In this document: positions 17,550 through 25,525 of the stretch, piece by piece
How positions within the stretch are numbered: the stretch's first letter is position 1
Layout of the letters: every line of letters starts with the position of its first letter
Source: Nanobdellota archaeon
GTDB lineage: Archaea; Nanobdellota; Nanobdellia; Woesearchaeales; JAHIVG01
Assembly: GCA_018816705.1 (NCBI GenBank)
Contig: JAHIVG010000004.1
Span: 1 to 63,756, forward strand
Direction of reading: 5' to 3'
Length of the DNA: 63,756 nucleotides
The notes under the pieces: model-generated
What the model saw: the letters and a program-made list of their open reading frames with translations, nothing else
Told to the model about the DNA's origin: nothing
Databases searched by the model: none
Translations under genes and position numbers: made by a program

Positions 17550-18026
17550 TTAAGGCTCGCAGCATAACGCTGCTGCAACTAGATGATCAGCAGAAAAGCA
17601 GCTCCCGTCATCTCTCTGCAGCTCGAAATTGCATTGCCATGCATGCGATGTCGTCGGTCCGCTCTCAAGGACTTCCGGCCTTGGTTCAGCCAAGTTGGAG
17701 AAACATCCGCCGTTGATCACAAAGTCACTACCGCAGATGGCAGTGACCCTCTTTGAACAAGTGCCATCATCGGTATCAATATTATGTGACCAATGGCAAT
17801 TCTCGGCGATGTTGTAACCATCGCTATCATACACACCGCCACCTCCTCCTGCTGAGATGGGATAAGCTGCTTTCCCGGCCAGGCCGTGCTCGTTACGGCC
17901 CACCATCAGGCCGACGGCGAATATCGCCAGGAACGTGCCGATTACCGCCACGATCGGGAGGATGTGATGATAGTCGAAATGATGGGATTTCGCAGCCTTC
18001 TTCTTCACGCTTCTTCTCTTCGCCAT
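17550..18026 (-). CDS. Membrane-anchored Cys-rich secreted protein, small paralog (158 aa)
   Basis: Start refined to ATG 18026, with GAGGTGA 4 nt upstream that overlaps the upstream stop. Basic N-terminus (MAKRRSVKKKAAK), one TM helix, the motif YPISAGGGGG, 9 Cys, and a ...LCCEP C-terminal end. Confidence 0.6.
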   Translation of the reverse strand: MAKRRSVKKKAAKSHHFDYHHILPIVAVIGTFLAIFAVGLMVGRNEHGLAGKAAYPISAGGGGGVYDSDGYNIAENCHWSHNIDTDDGTCSKRVTAICGSDFVINGGCFSNLAEPRPEVLESGPTTSHAWQCNFELQRDDGSCFSADHLVAAALCCEP

Positions 18027-18036
18027 GGTCTCACCT

Positions 18037-18939
18037 CTATGGGGAGCAGCACACGCAGTTGTAAGTAGTGATACTAGATGGACCGCCACTCCATTGCATT
18101 GTGCATCCAAACAACTCTGATCTGTCCCGGAAATTAGTTTCATAGTTTTGCTCCAGGTGACCGAGCATACAGGTCATATCAATATCCTCACAGACCTCAT
18201 TACAATTACTTTCCGTTGCAAAGGGCGAACTATCATCAACCACTCGAACAGCACAATCATTAAGGATATCAAGGACATCCTGACCGTTTAAACCTCCAGC
18301 CTGACCATTACAGGGTGTGTCACTTCTTATCAAGTGCCCGGTCGAGTTCACGCAGACATATGCTGTGCCATCGCCTTCCATCGCATCGACTCGAAGAGTA
18401 TCATCTCCCACTAAACGAACAAAGTCCGCAAATGAAACTCCGCCGGTAAAATCGGATCCTGATGGTCCCATTACGGTTATTCCTTCCCAAAAATCCGCTA
18501 CATCATGGAAAACGGCATCTTCAAAAAAATCAGCATGAGAATAAAAATATACATCAGAAGAATCTTGAAATGTTATTTCAGAGTCAAATTCAACAACTCC
18601 TCTAATATTTGTCAAGCCATCCTCAGTAACCTTAAACAGAGGTTCGCCCCATAGTGTACCGACATTGAGCGAGTCGGATATTGTGGCAGAGGTCATCTCA
18701 CACACACCGTCAGCAGTGCATTCATGAGCGTTGATCTCGCTTCCGCCGCTCGGCCCGGCAGAGATCGAATATATCCTCTGGCCGACAGTGTTGCCGGAAT
18801 CGGTTTTCGTTGTCCCGATCATCATCCCCACAAGGAACACTATCACCATCATGCCGATGATGAGTATCCAGGGCAGCTTGCCATGCAGATTATTGACTTT
18901 GTTTACCTTCCTTACCGCCTTCTTCGCCAAGAGAATCAC
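18037..18939 (-). CDS. Membrane-anchored Cys-rich secreted protein, large paralog (300 aa)
   Basis: Basic N-terminus, one TM helix, the motif IYSISAGPSGGS, many Cys, and a ...CVCCSP C-terminal end. Same architecture as the downstream 158-aa gene. Confidence 0.65.
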   Translation of the reverse strand: MILLAKKAVRKVNKVNNLHGKLPWILIIGMMVIVFLVGMMIGTTKTDSGNTVGQRIYSISAGPSGGSEINAHECTADGVCEMTSATISDSLNVGTLWGEPLFKVTEDGLTNIRGVVEFDSEITFQDSSDVYFYSHADFFEDAVFHDVADFWEGITVMGPSGSDFTGGVSFADFVRLVGDDTLRVDAMEGDGTAYVCVNSTGHLIRSDTPCNGQAGGLNGQDVLDILNDCAVRVVDDSSPFATESNCNEVCEDIDMTCMLGHLEQNYETNFRDRSELFGCTMQWSGGPSSITTYNCVCCSP

Positions 18940-19073
18940 CTCAGTTTTACAATATTTATAAGTAATTATGACATAATTTGTATATAAATGTTTCTATTTT
19001 CCACCTAGGTTACTAATTTAGTATACCAATATACTAATTATTACTATAATCAAGGGTGATTATCGCCACAATC

Positions 19074-19081
19074 TTTTTATA
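19074..19081 (+). promoter_or_regulatory. TATA box for hisS (leaderless)
   Basis: TTTTTATA lies 31 nt upstream of ATG 19105, with no SD between. Confidence 0.4.
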
Positions 19082-19104
19082 CAAAACCCCACAACAACCG
19101 AAGC

Positions 19105-20355
19105 ATGAAGCTGCAGCTGGCCAAGGGCATGAGGGACATCGAGCCCGAGCAGAAGCTCAGGCGAGACGGGATAGTCACAGCCCTGAAAGCTGTCTTCGAG
19201 CGCTTCGGCTACCTGCCGTTAGAGACACCGACTCTAGAGCGCCTCGAAACATTATCTTCAAAATACGCCGGCGGGGACGAGATACTGAAAGAGACCTTCA
19301 GGCTGAAGGACCAAGGGAAACGAGAGTTAGGATTAAGATACGACCTGACAGTCCCGCTCTCAAGATACATCGGCATGAACCCGCAGCTCAAGATGCCTTT
19401 CAAGCGCTACGCCATAGGCAAGGTCTTCCGCGACGGCCCGATAAAGCTAGGGAGATACAGGGAGTTCTGGCAATTAGACGTCGACATCGTCGGCTCCAAG
19501 TCCATGCGCGCAGACGCAGAAACACTAACGCTAGCAGAAGCGGCCTTCAAGGAGCTAGGGCAGAAAGTCACCATAAAAGTCAACAGCAGAAAGCTGCTGA
19601 ACGGTCTGCTGGAAGATGCGGGAGTCAAGGACAAAGAGACAGTCATACTCACCTTGGACAAGCTTGAGAAGTTCGGCGAGGAAGCAGTCAAGCAAGAGCT
19701 CAAGGAGAAAGGCCTTGATGCCAAGACCATCACGAAGATATTCTCTTTCCTCATCCAGGACCTGAAACAGCTTAAAAAATCCATAAAAGATAAGGAAGGA
19801 CAGGATGGCATAAACGAACTAGAAGAATTATTCATGTTCCTGAAGGCCACCAAGAGCAAGGCTGAATTCGAAGTCTCTTTGGCAAGAGGACTGGCTTACT
19901 ACACCGGCACCGTCTTCGAGGTGTTCCTCAAGGACTCCCCGATAAAGAGCTCGATTGCTGCCGGCGGAAGATATGACAGGATGATAGGGCAGCTCCTCGG
20001 CGGGAAGCAGGATTTTCCGGCAGTGGGCATCAGTTTCGGCCTGGACGTATTGGCAGATGCCCTTCCTAAGGCAGATATCAAGACCAAAACTACATTGTAC
20101 ATCATCCCCATCGGCACTGACACGGAGAGCATGAAGCTCGCCGCGTATTTCCGCAATGCCGGCGTCAATACTGACATCGACGTCATCGGCAGGGGCGTAT
20201 CCAAGAACCTCAACTTCGCCAACACCATGGGCATCCCGCATGTCCTCTTCGTAGGCGAGGACGAGCTCGCCCAGTCGAGGTTCAAGCTGAGGGATATGAA
20301 GACTGGGAAGGAGGAGCTGCTTTCAAGAGAATTGATTATCGAGAAGCTCGCTTGA
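19105..20355 (+). CDS. hisS: Histidine--tRNA ligase (416 aa)
   Basis: N-terminal ..KGMRDI.P.. and class II motif 2, FRDGPIKLGRYREFWQLDVDIVG. Length and C-terminal anticodon-binding-like region fit HisRS. Confidence 0.9.
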   Translation: MKLQLAKGMRDIEPEQKLRRDGIVTALKAVFERFGYLPLETPTLERLETLSSKYAGGDEILKETFRLKDQGKRELGLRYDLTVPLSRYIGMNPQLKMPFKRYAIGKVFRDGPIKLGRYREFWQLDVDIVGSKSMRADAETLTLAEAAFKELGQKVTIKVNSRKLLNGLLEDAGVKDKETVILTLDKLEKFGEEAVKQELKEKGLDAKTITKIFSFLIQDLKQLKKSIKDKEGQDGINELEELFMFLKATKSKAEFEVSLARGLAYYTGTVFEVFLKDSPIKSSIAAGGRYDRMIGQLLGGKQDFPAVGISFGLDVLADALPKADIKTKTTLYIIPIGTDTESMKLAAYFRNAGVNTDIDVIGRGVSKNLNFANTMGIPHVLFVGEDELAQSRFKLRDMKTGKEELLSRELIIEKLA

Positions 20356-20358
20356 TCC

Positions 20359-20613
20359 TCAGTTCTTATAGATTCTTTTACGGTGGCCGATCTCGATGAC
20401 TAGGATCAACAGCTTGTCGTCCTTGATGTCCATGATCACCCTGTAGTCTCCGACACGCAGGGAGTAGAATGGGCTCCCGACCAACCTCTTGATATGAGAA
20501 TAAGGCCTTATCTTGCATCTCTCCAAGGTCATTACGATCCGTTTTTGGACCACTTTGGAAAATCTTTTCAGCTGCCTGAAAGCCAGTTGAGAATAGTCAA
20601 GTTCGTACATCAC
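20359..20613 (-). CDS. relE: RelE/ParE-family type II toxin (84 aa)
   Basis: ..A..QLKRFSK..QKRI...LE......H.KRL.GSPFYSLRVGDYRVIMDI.DDKLLILVIEIGHRK.IY is the typical RelE/StbE pattern. 4-nt overlap with the upstream small gene. Confidence 0.8.
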   Translation of the reverse strand: MMYELDYSQLAFRQLKRFSKVVQKRIVMTLERCKIRPYSHIKRLVGSPFYSLRVGDYRVIMDIKDDKLLILVIEIGHRKRIYKN

Positions 20614-20828
20614 AGACCAAGCTCCTTCTTCACCTGTTCATGAGTGTACACCCTGCCTTCTCGGATGTCCTTCTCGGCCTGCTTGATGTTCCTCTTGGTC
20701 TCTTCTGAGAGCTCCATGGTGTCCTCGATGAGGTCCCAGATAACCTCTTCATAGCTCTCCCTATCAAACATCTTCCTGGTCTTGAGCTCCTCAACCAGTT
20801 CCTTGCTCACCTGTATGGTGGTTACCAT
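20610..20828 (-). CDS. Cognate antitoxin (72 aa)
   Basis: Small acidic ORF immediately upstream of and overlapping relE. Assigned mainly by position and size. Confidence 0.65.
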   Translation of the reverse strand: MVTTIQVSKELVEELKTRKMFDRESYEEVIWDLIEDTMELSEETKRNIKQAEKDIREGRVYTHEQVKKELGL

Positions 20829-20867
20829 AGCAACTATATAACTCGCTATAGTATATAAAGATTGCGG

Positions 20868-21557
20868 TCATGAGAATCTGTACTTGACCAGATAGAAAAA
20901 TGCCTTCACGCCGTCCTTCCAGGATATCTTCTTGCCCTGATTTGCGGACCTGGGCTTGTAAGAAATCGGCACCTCGATTATCTTCACACCGCGCTTCAGC
21001 AGGGCTGCTGTCAGCTCCGGTTCGATCTCGAAATGCTTAGCCTTCAGCTTGACACCCTCAAGGCTCTCCTTGTAGAACATCTTGTAGCAGGTCTCCATGT
21101 CTGTTAGCGAGGAGCCGAATAGTATGGATGTGAACAACGAAAGCATGCGGTTCCCGACATAATGCACAGGTATGGCCCATTGGTAGTTGTGCTTCCTCCT
21201 GAACCTCGAGCCGTATATCGCTGTGCCCTTGCCATGCTGGATCAAGGCCTGATACATTTTCACAAGGTCTTCTGGGTTGTATTCCAGGTCTGCGTCCTGT
21301 ATCGTGATTATCTCTCCTGAAGCGTTCTCCAGGCCTGCCCTGATAGCAGTCCCCTTGCCGCCGTTCTTCTTGCTGACAAGCTTGACATCCTTCTTGCCTT
21401 CAGTAAATTTCTGGGCAATCTTTTTCGAGCCATCAGTCGAGCCGTCATCTACCACAACAAGCTCTCTATCTCCGGAAAATTCCAGCGAATACACCTTCTC
21501 AAGAAGCTCCTGCAGGGTCTTCTCCTCGTTGTAGACCGGGATTATGATGCTAAGCAT
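20868..21557 (-). CDS. GT2-family glycosyltransferase (dolichyl-phosphate sugar synthase-like, 229 aa)
   Basis: LSIIIPVYNEE.., ..VVVDDGSTDGS.., ..QDADLEY.. (DxD) are hallmarks of GT-A/GT2 enzymes. Confidence 0.85.
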   Translation of the reverse strand: MLSIIIPVYNEEKTLQELLEKVYSLEFSGDRELVVVDDGSTDGSKKIAQKFTEGKKDVKLVSKKNGGKGTAIRAGLENASGEIITIQDADLEYNPEDLVKMYQALIQHGKGTAIYGSRFRRKHNYQWAIPVHYVGNRMLSLFTSILFGSSLTDMETCYKMFYKESLEGVKLKAKHFEIEPELTAALLKRGVKIIEVPISYKPRSANQGKKISWKDGVKAFFYLVKYRFS

Positions 21558-22434
21558 TTTTATCGGTTGACACGATGACTTGGTCTTCTGTAAGTATAAG
21601 CGTGTGCTCTGCCTGCGCTACCATGCCGTCTCCTTTTTCCATGAGCGGCGGATAAGCATGCACCGCCTTGTGCATCTTCAGGTCCCTGAAGCCCAGCGTC
21701 ATCTGCCCTTTTGAGAAGTCAAGCCATCTCGTGGCGAACGGGAGATTGTTGTAGGGCTTGATGGCCTTGAGTATCTGCCTTGATATGTTGGTCCTGACAG
21801 CGCCCCGGCCGAGCTGGGAGAATATCATTGCTTCCCCTTTCTCTCTTATCATGCCCGCGCCGTCAGTTGCGAAGGGCTCTATGGCTATGGCTTGCGGCCT
21901 CTCCAATATTTCCGTGTCGCCGGTATCGAAATTGGGTATCGTCGGCTTTCCATGTATCACGAATTCCTGCAATCCGTGTCCTGAGAGGTTCCTGACCGGA
22001 TTGTAGCCGTATCCTGTGATCGCATTCTCGATGGCTGTGCCTATCTCTCCCAAGGACTTGTCTTGTTTCACTGCCTTGATAGCATCAGTCAGGGCTTTCT
22101 CTGCAGCTTCTATCAGCTTCCCATACTTGCCTGAAAGGTCGACTGTGGTTGCCGTGTCTCCGATGAAGCCTTCGACATGCACTCCGACATCTATCTTAAG
22201 AAGTTGGTCAGCAAGGACTGTCTCATCATCCTTTGTCGGTGTATAATGCGCAGCGCATGTGTCCATTGAAAGGTTGACGGGAAATGCGGGCTCTCCTCCG
22301 AGCTCACGTATCTTCTGCTCGACCTGGTCCGCCAGCTCCCGCAGGAGCAGTCCCTTCTTGGTTATGCTCTTGGCATAATCTCTTACCTCGCCGGCTATCT
22401 TGCCGGCCAGCAGCCACTTGTCGAGGTTTTCCAT
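21550..22434 (-). CDS. map: Type 2 (archaeal/eukaryotic-type) methionine aminopeptidase (294 aa)
   Basis: MENLDKWLLAGKIAGEVRDYA.., ..AFPVNLS.D.CAAHYTP.., ..DVGVHV.G.IGDTA.T.., ..GHG.. match the archaeal MAP2 layout. The 432-aa ORF-track entry is an unsupported N-terminal extension. The TATA palindrome lies 23-30 nt upstream of ATG 22434. Confidence 0.9.
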   Translation of the reverse strand: MENLDKWLLAGKIAGEVRDYAKSITKKGLLLRELADQVEQKIRELGGEPAFPVNLSMDTCAAHYTPTKDDETVLADQLLKIDVGVHVEGFIGDTATTVDLSGKYGKLIEAAEKALTDAIKAVKQDKSLGEIGTAIENAITGYGYNPVRNLSGHGLQEFVIHGKPTIPNFDTGDTEILERPQAIAIEPFATDGAGMIREKGEAMIFSQLGRGAVRTNISRQILKAIKPYNNLPFATRWLDFSKGQMTLGFRDLKMHKAVHAYPPLMEKGDGMVAQAEHTLILTEDQVIVSTDKNA

Positions 22435-22456
22435 GCAAGAAGTTTTCCCTGTGTTG

Positions 22457-22464
22457 TTTATAAA
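22457..22464. promoter_or_regulatory. Palindromic TATA element (TTTATAAA) in the 73-nt divergent map/maf spacer
   Basis: Lies 23-30 nt upstream of the map ATG (22434, minus strand). A second TTTAAGTA at 22478-22485 lies 23-30 nt upstream of the maf ATG 22508. Confidence 0.4.
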
Positions 22465-22507
22465 TTTTGTGAGAAGATTTAAGTACGAAAACAGTTCTAG
22501 CCATGGC

Positions 22508-23095
22508 ATGGTACAGATTATCCTCGCCTCTGCCTCAGAGCGGAGGAAAGAGCTGATGTTGAGGCTTATAGGCAAGAATTTCACCGTCCTGCCGAGCGGC
22601 TTCGATGAAGATAACACTCTTGATATGGAACCGGAAGAATTAGCCATGCATAATTCGAGGGGAAAGGCAAGAGATGTCGCAAAGCAGCACAGGTCAGCGG
22701 TCGTGATAGGCGTGGACACGCTTGTCTTCAGCCATGGCAAGGTCTTAGGGAAACCCGTCACTCCAGGAAAAGCCAAAGAGATGCTTAAAGGGATCAGCGG
22801 GAAGAACATCACTGTGATCAGCGGGATCACCGTGATCCATGACGGCAAAGAGCAGACTGATTATGAGCTCACAAAGGTGAAGATGAAGGATATGACAGAA
22901 GATGAGATAAACGCTTATGTGGCCTCGGATGAACCCTTGGATAAGGCAGGCGCTTTCGGAGCCATGGATAAGGGCGCATTGATGATAGAGAGTGTGCAAG
23001 GCTCGTTCTACAATGTTGTAGGGTTGCCGATATACAAGCTCAACCTGATGCTGAAAGAGATAGGAATCGAGCTTATGGAAATCCCTAATAGATGA
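22508..23095 (+). CDS. maf: Maf-family nucleoside triphosphate pyrophosphatase (195 aa)
   Basis: IILASASERRKELM.., ..D.LV...G...GKP.., ..KAGAFG.. are the Maf/YhdE pattern. Start refined to ATG 22508. Confidence 0.85.
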   Translation: MVQIILASASERRKELMLRLIGKNFTVLPSGFDEDNTLDMEPEELAMHNSRGKARDVAKQHRSAVVIGVDTLVFSHGKVLGKPVTPGKAKEMLKGISGKNITVISGITVIHDGKEQTDYELTKVKMKDMTEDEINAYVASDEPLDKAGAFGAMDKGALMIESVQGSFYNVVGLPIYKLNLMLKEIGIELMEIPNR

Positions 23096-23570
23096 CAGCC
23101 ACGACCAATCTCTGTATCTGGTCGAAACGCACCTTCTCAGGATCCGGCCTGTCGTTGTTATCGCCCTGGAATACAGCAAACCAGCCCTCATCGTCATGCC
23201 CTATCTTGATTACCCTATGGATTATCGTGCCCTGTTTTGTCTCATAGCTGACGATGTCACCCACATGAATGTCTTCGGGAGAACCCGGCCTTATCTCGAT
23301 GGCGTTCGCTTCGTAATCTAGGACTGGGTCCATGGAATTCGTATTTACGAATCCAGCCAGTATCGGATTATCGATCGTTATCGTGACAGAGTTGCCGTGT
23401 AGCCTTATGTCGTCCAGGCTTATCCTGTCATGCGGGGATGCCTGCTCAGGCCGGCCTGTGCCTTCCGGCTTCTGTAAAGGAGAAGTGGGGATGGATGCCA
23501 ACAGAGAGTGCGTAAGTACACCTAGTATGAAAACGTTCAATAGTATCATTAGATGTTTTTTGGTTGACAT
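23085..23570 (-). CDS. Signal peptidase I, archaeal/ER Sec11 type (161 aa)
   Basis: N-terminal TM helix. Ser motif TNSMDPVL, then GDIVSY, IIHRVI and GDNNDRPD, which is typical of the S26B family. Confidence 0.75.
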   Translation of the reverse strand: MSTKKHLMILLNVFILGVLTHSLLASIPTSPLQKPEGTGRPEQASPHDRISLDDIRLHGNSVTITIDNPILAGFVNTNSMDPVLDYEANAIEIRPGSPEDIHVGDIVSYETKQGTIIHRVIKIGHDDEGWFAVFQGDNNDRPDPEKVRFDQIQRLVVAVIY

Positions 23571-23603
23571 TTTACCCCCACAGAGTACTAATAGGATTAC
23601 TAC

Positions 23604-23633
23604 TATTTAAATCTTTCGGTTATTAGCTACTAC
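23604..23633 (-). promoter_or_regulatory. Conserved extended promoter element, copy 1 (upstream of signal peptidase)
   Basis: Plus strand reads TATTTAAATCTTTCGGTTATTAGCTACTAC. On the coding strand this is AGTAG-N10-GAAAG-NN-TTAAATA. Confidence 0.4.
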
Positions 23634-23663
23634 AGAGTAGTTATATAATGACAGAAGAATCTT

Positions 23664-23882
23664 TCACCTGAAAGGCTTTATTGACTCGATCAATCTGGTC
23701 AACGACAACTGTGTCCTGCCGTTGTCCCTTTCCCTGACCTCGATGGTCACACCATGGCCAAGTCCTGTGAGACCGAACACTTTCACCTTCTTAGCATGTT
23801 CTCTAGGCCCCTCTTCGATAGGCTCAGCAGAAAAATAACCCGCCCCCCGACCTAAGTAAGAATCTTTGTCCATGATGATCAC
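23664..23882 (-). CDS. Small hypothetical protein (72 aa)
   Basis: ORF with a conserved BRE/TATA-like element 24-32 nt upstream of ATG 23882. No family recognised. Confidence 0.4.
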   Translation of the reverse strand: MIIMDKDSYLGRGAGYFSAEPIEEGPREHAKKVKVFGLTGLGHGVTIEVRERDNGRTQLSLTRLIESIKPFR

Positions 23883-23905
23883 AAGATGGCAATAAGCATA
23901 GCAAG

Positions 23906-23935
23906 TATTTAAATCTTTCTATTATTCACTACTAT
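23906..23935 (-). promoter_or_regulatory. Conserved extended promoter element, copy 2 (upstream of the 72-aa ORF)
   Basis: Plus strand reads TATTTAAATCTTTCTATTATTCACTACTAT. The TATA lies 24-32 nt from ATG 23882. Confidence 0.4.
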
Positions 23936-23959
23936 TTAGTAAGTAAATCAATATGTGCC

Positions 23960-24358
23960 CTATTTGATCACAAGCGCTTCCATGCCGAACTCGGAGGCGA
24001 TCTCTTCCAGCGCTGACAAGGGCTTCTCCAGCATATTCCCTGAGCCATCGCATTTAACATCATAGCTCCCGAAGCTGACTTTGTCATTGTTCACATCTAC
24101 AGTCATCAGGGTCACATACCTATGAGCGATGACAGTCGAATTATCGATATCATCACGGACATCATATGAGTGGACACCGATATGGCCGGTGGGCTTCCCG
24201 CAGTTCATCCGGTCCATGATGGCCTTTATTACAGGATTGACCTTCTCCTCGAATTCCTCGACAGAGATGTCTTCTCCGCAGAGATAGACGCCGTAAAAAC
24301 CCGGTTTCTTATACACCATCGCCTGTTCAGTCTCTGTTGTCGCTTGATCCCCTTCCAT
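23960..24358 (-). CDS. Hypothetical protein (132 aa)
   Basis: ORF lies 1 nt downstream of purS on the same strand and is probably co-transcribed. No confident family. Confidence 0.5.
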   Translation of the reverse strand: MEGDQATTETEQAMVYKKPGFYGVYLCGEDISVEEFEEKVNPVIKAIMDRMNCGKPTGHIGVHSYDVRDDIDNSTVIAHRYVTLMTVDVNNDKVSFGSYDVKCDGSGNMLEKPLSALEEIASEFGMEALVIK

Positions 24359-24359
24359 C

Positions 24360-24800
24360 TTATTCCCTCAATATCTTTACCTGCTGGTAGTGAGGATTAG
24401 CCAATAACTCATATATAAGGTTTTTTATCTTGACGCCCTTGGAATCCATCACCCACAGCGTCCCTTTTTCGAGATGTTTTATCATGTCAAGGCCGAGCCT
24501 TTCCCTCAACGTATGCAACAAGGCCTCAGGCTCTGCATCATCCTGCACGATGATCCCTGTCTCACCCTTCCGTAATCTTTTCTCGTCGAGGAACCTGACG
24601 AAGTTCTTGTTGGCGTTCACCAGTACGTCGACATCAGAGACGGCCTGTTTGAATCCTTTCTTGCTGCCGTCGACATCGAACATGTAATAATCATAACGCT
24701 TCAATGCCTCGACCTTATGGCCGAGCTTCCGCATGGTCTGCAGCGCAGTCCTGGCAGTTGTGTCAGGTATCTTCAAGCCGACTGCCATCTCGACCTTCAT
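24360..24800 (-). CDS. purS: PurS (FGAM synthase subunit), tandem-duplicated form (146 aa)
   Basis: Two PurS-like halves. Half 1 is VEMAVGLKIPDTTARTALQTMRKLGH..V..LKRYDYYMFDV..LVNANKNF. Half 2 is ..LLHTLRERLGLD.I..LEKGTLWVMD...LLANPHYQQVKI. 4-nt overlap with purQ. Confidence 0.7.
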   Translation of the reverse strand: MKVEMAVGLKIPDTTARTALQTMRKLGHKVEALKRYDYYMFDVDGSKKGFKQAVSDVDVLVNANKNFVRFLDEKRLRKGETGIIVQDDAEPEALLHTLRERLGLDMIKHLEKGTLWVMDSKGVKIKNLIYELLANPHYQQVKILRE

Positions 24801-25525
24801 CCTCTCCCCTCGATGTATTTCCTCATTGACACGAATATCTTCGATGCCGGTAATAAACCAGGACGGCCCAGCTGGAAGCCGAACGTGGCCCTCTCAGGGT
24901 GTGGCATCATGGCCAACACATTCCCCTCTGGATTGCATATCCCTGCAGCACCGAGAGCGCTGCCGTTTACAGTCTCATCGATCTCACCCACACGATTACA
25001 GTACTGGAATACGAGCTGTTTCCCGAGCCTCTCGAACAATCCTTTCTCCTTGGAGACGAAGCGGCCTTCTGCGTGGGCGATAGGCATCGGAATGATCATC
25101 TTCCTGAGCTGAGAAGTGAACGCTGTCTTCCTGCTGTTCACCCTGACAAGGACCCATCTGCAATAGAAGCCTGGCATTGCCTGGTTTATGTTCGGAGCCA
25201 CACCGAGCTGGACCTCTTTTTTCCACCCTGGTACAAGACCGTTCTCGACCAGCATTTGGCAGCCGTTGCATATGCCCAGCACCGGCTTTCCAAGCGCGGC
25301 CTGCTCCTTTATCACCTGCATGATCGGGTCGCGGGCGGCGATTATCCCTGCGCGTATCCTGTCCTCGTATGACCAGCCTCCTGGCAGGACGTACCCGTCG
25401 TACTTTTCCAGGCCTTCGTTCTTGTTCCACCTGATGATATCTGCCGGCAGCCTGCACTTCCTCAACGCGTATGCTGTCTCGCGCTCGCAGTTCGTGCCCG
25501 GGAACTGTATCACTGCAACCTTCAT
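24797..25525 (-). CDS. purQ: Phosphoribosylformylglycinamidine synthase, glutaminase subunit PurQ (242 aa)
   Basis: MKVAVIQFPGTNCE.., GICNGCQML (nucleophile Cys) and MMPHPER. Start refined to ATG 25525, which forms an ATGA overlap with the purL stop and has AGGAGG 7 nt upstream. Confidence 0.9.
   Translation of the reverse strand: MKVAVIQFPGTNCERETAYALRKCRLPADIIRWNKNEGLEKYDGYVLPGGWSYEDRIRAGIIAARDPIMQVIKEQAALGKPVLGICNGCQMLVENGLVPGWKKEVQLGVAPNINQAMPGFYCRWVLVRVNSRKTAFTSQLRKMIIPMPIAHAEGRFVSKEKGLFERLGKQLVFQYCNRVGEIDETVNGSALGAAGICNPEGNVLAMMPHPERATFGFQLGRPGLLPASKIFVSMRKYIEGRG

Noticed and set aside
19019-19036. TAGTATA-CCAA-TATACTA palindrome in the AT-rich hisS/Cys-rich-gene spacer. Similar TAGTATA strings occur near 42533 and 47040
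   Set aside because: The AT-rich promoter spacers are full of TATA-like words, and a 7-nt palindrome there is not clearly above background. It might be a real operator, but I cannot support that.
19056-19667. 203-aa Arg/Ala-rich ORF in an alternative frame over the hisS 5' half
   Set aside because: It is an overlapping same-strand frame of a gene with unambiguous HisRS motifs. Its composition (poly-R/A/Q) is typical of an off-frame artefact.
21550-22848. 432-aa ORF-track entry suggesting a much longer methionine aminopeptidase
   Set aside because: The first 138 codons are hydrophobic, low-complexity sequence antisense to the maf gene and promoter. The MAP2 homology starts at MENLDKW (ATG 22434), which has a TATA element 23-30 nt upstream.
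23960-24358. 132-aa protein downstream of purS as a SpeH-like pyruvoyl S-adenosylmethionine decarboxylase
   Set aside because: There is a superficial resemblance (..FYGVYLCGEDI..). The self-cleavage E-S motif and the rest of the SpeH pattern are absent.
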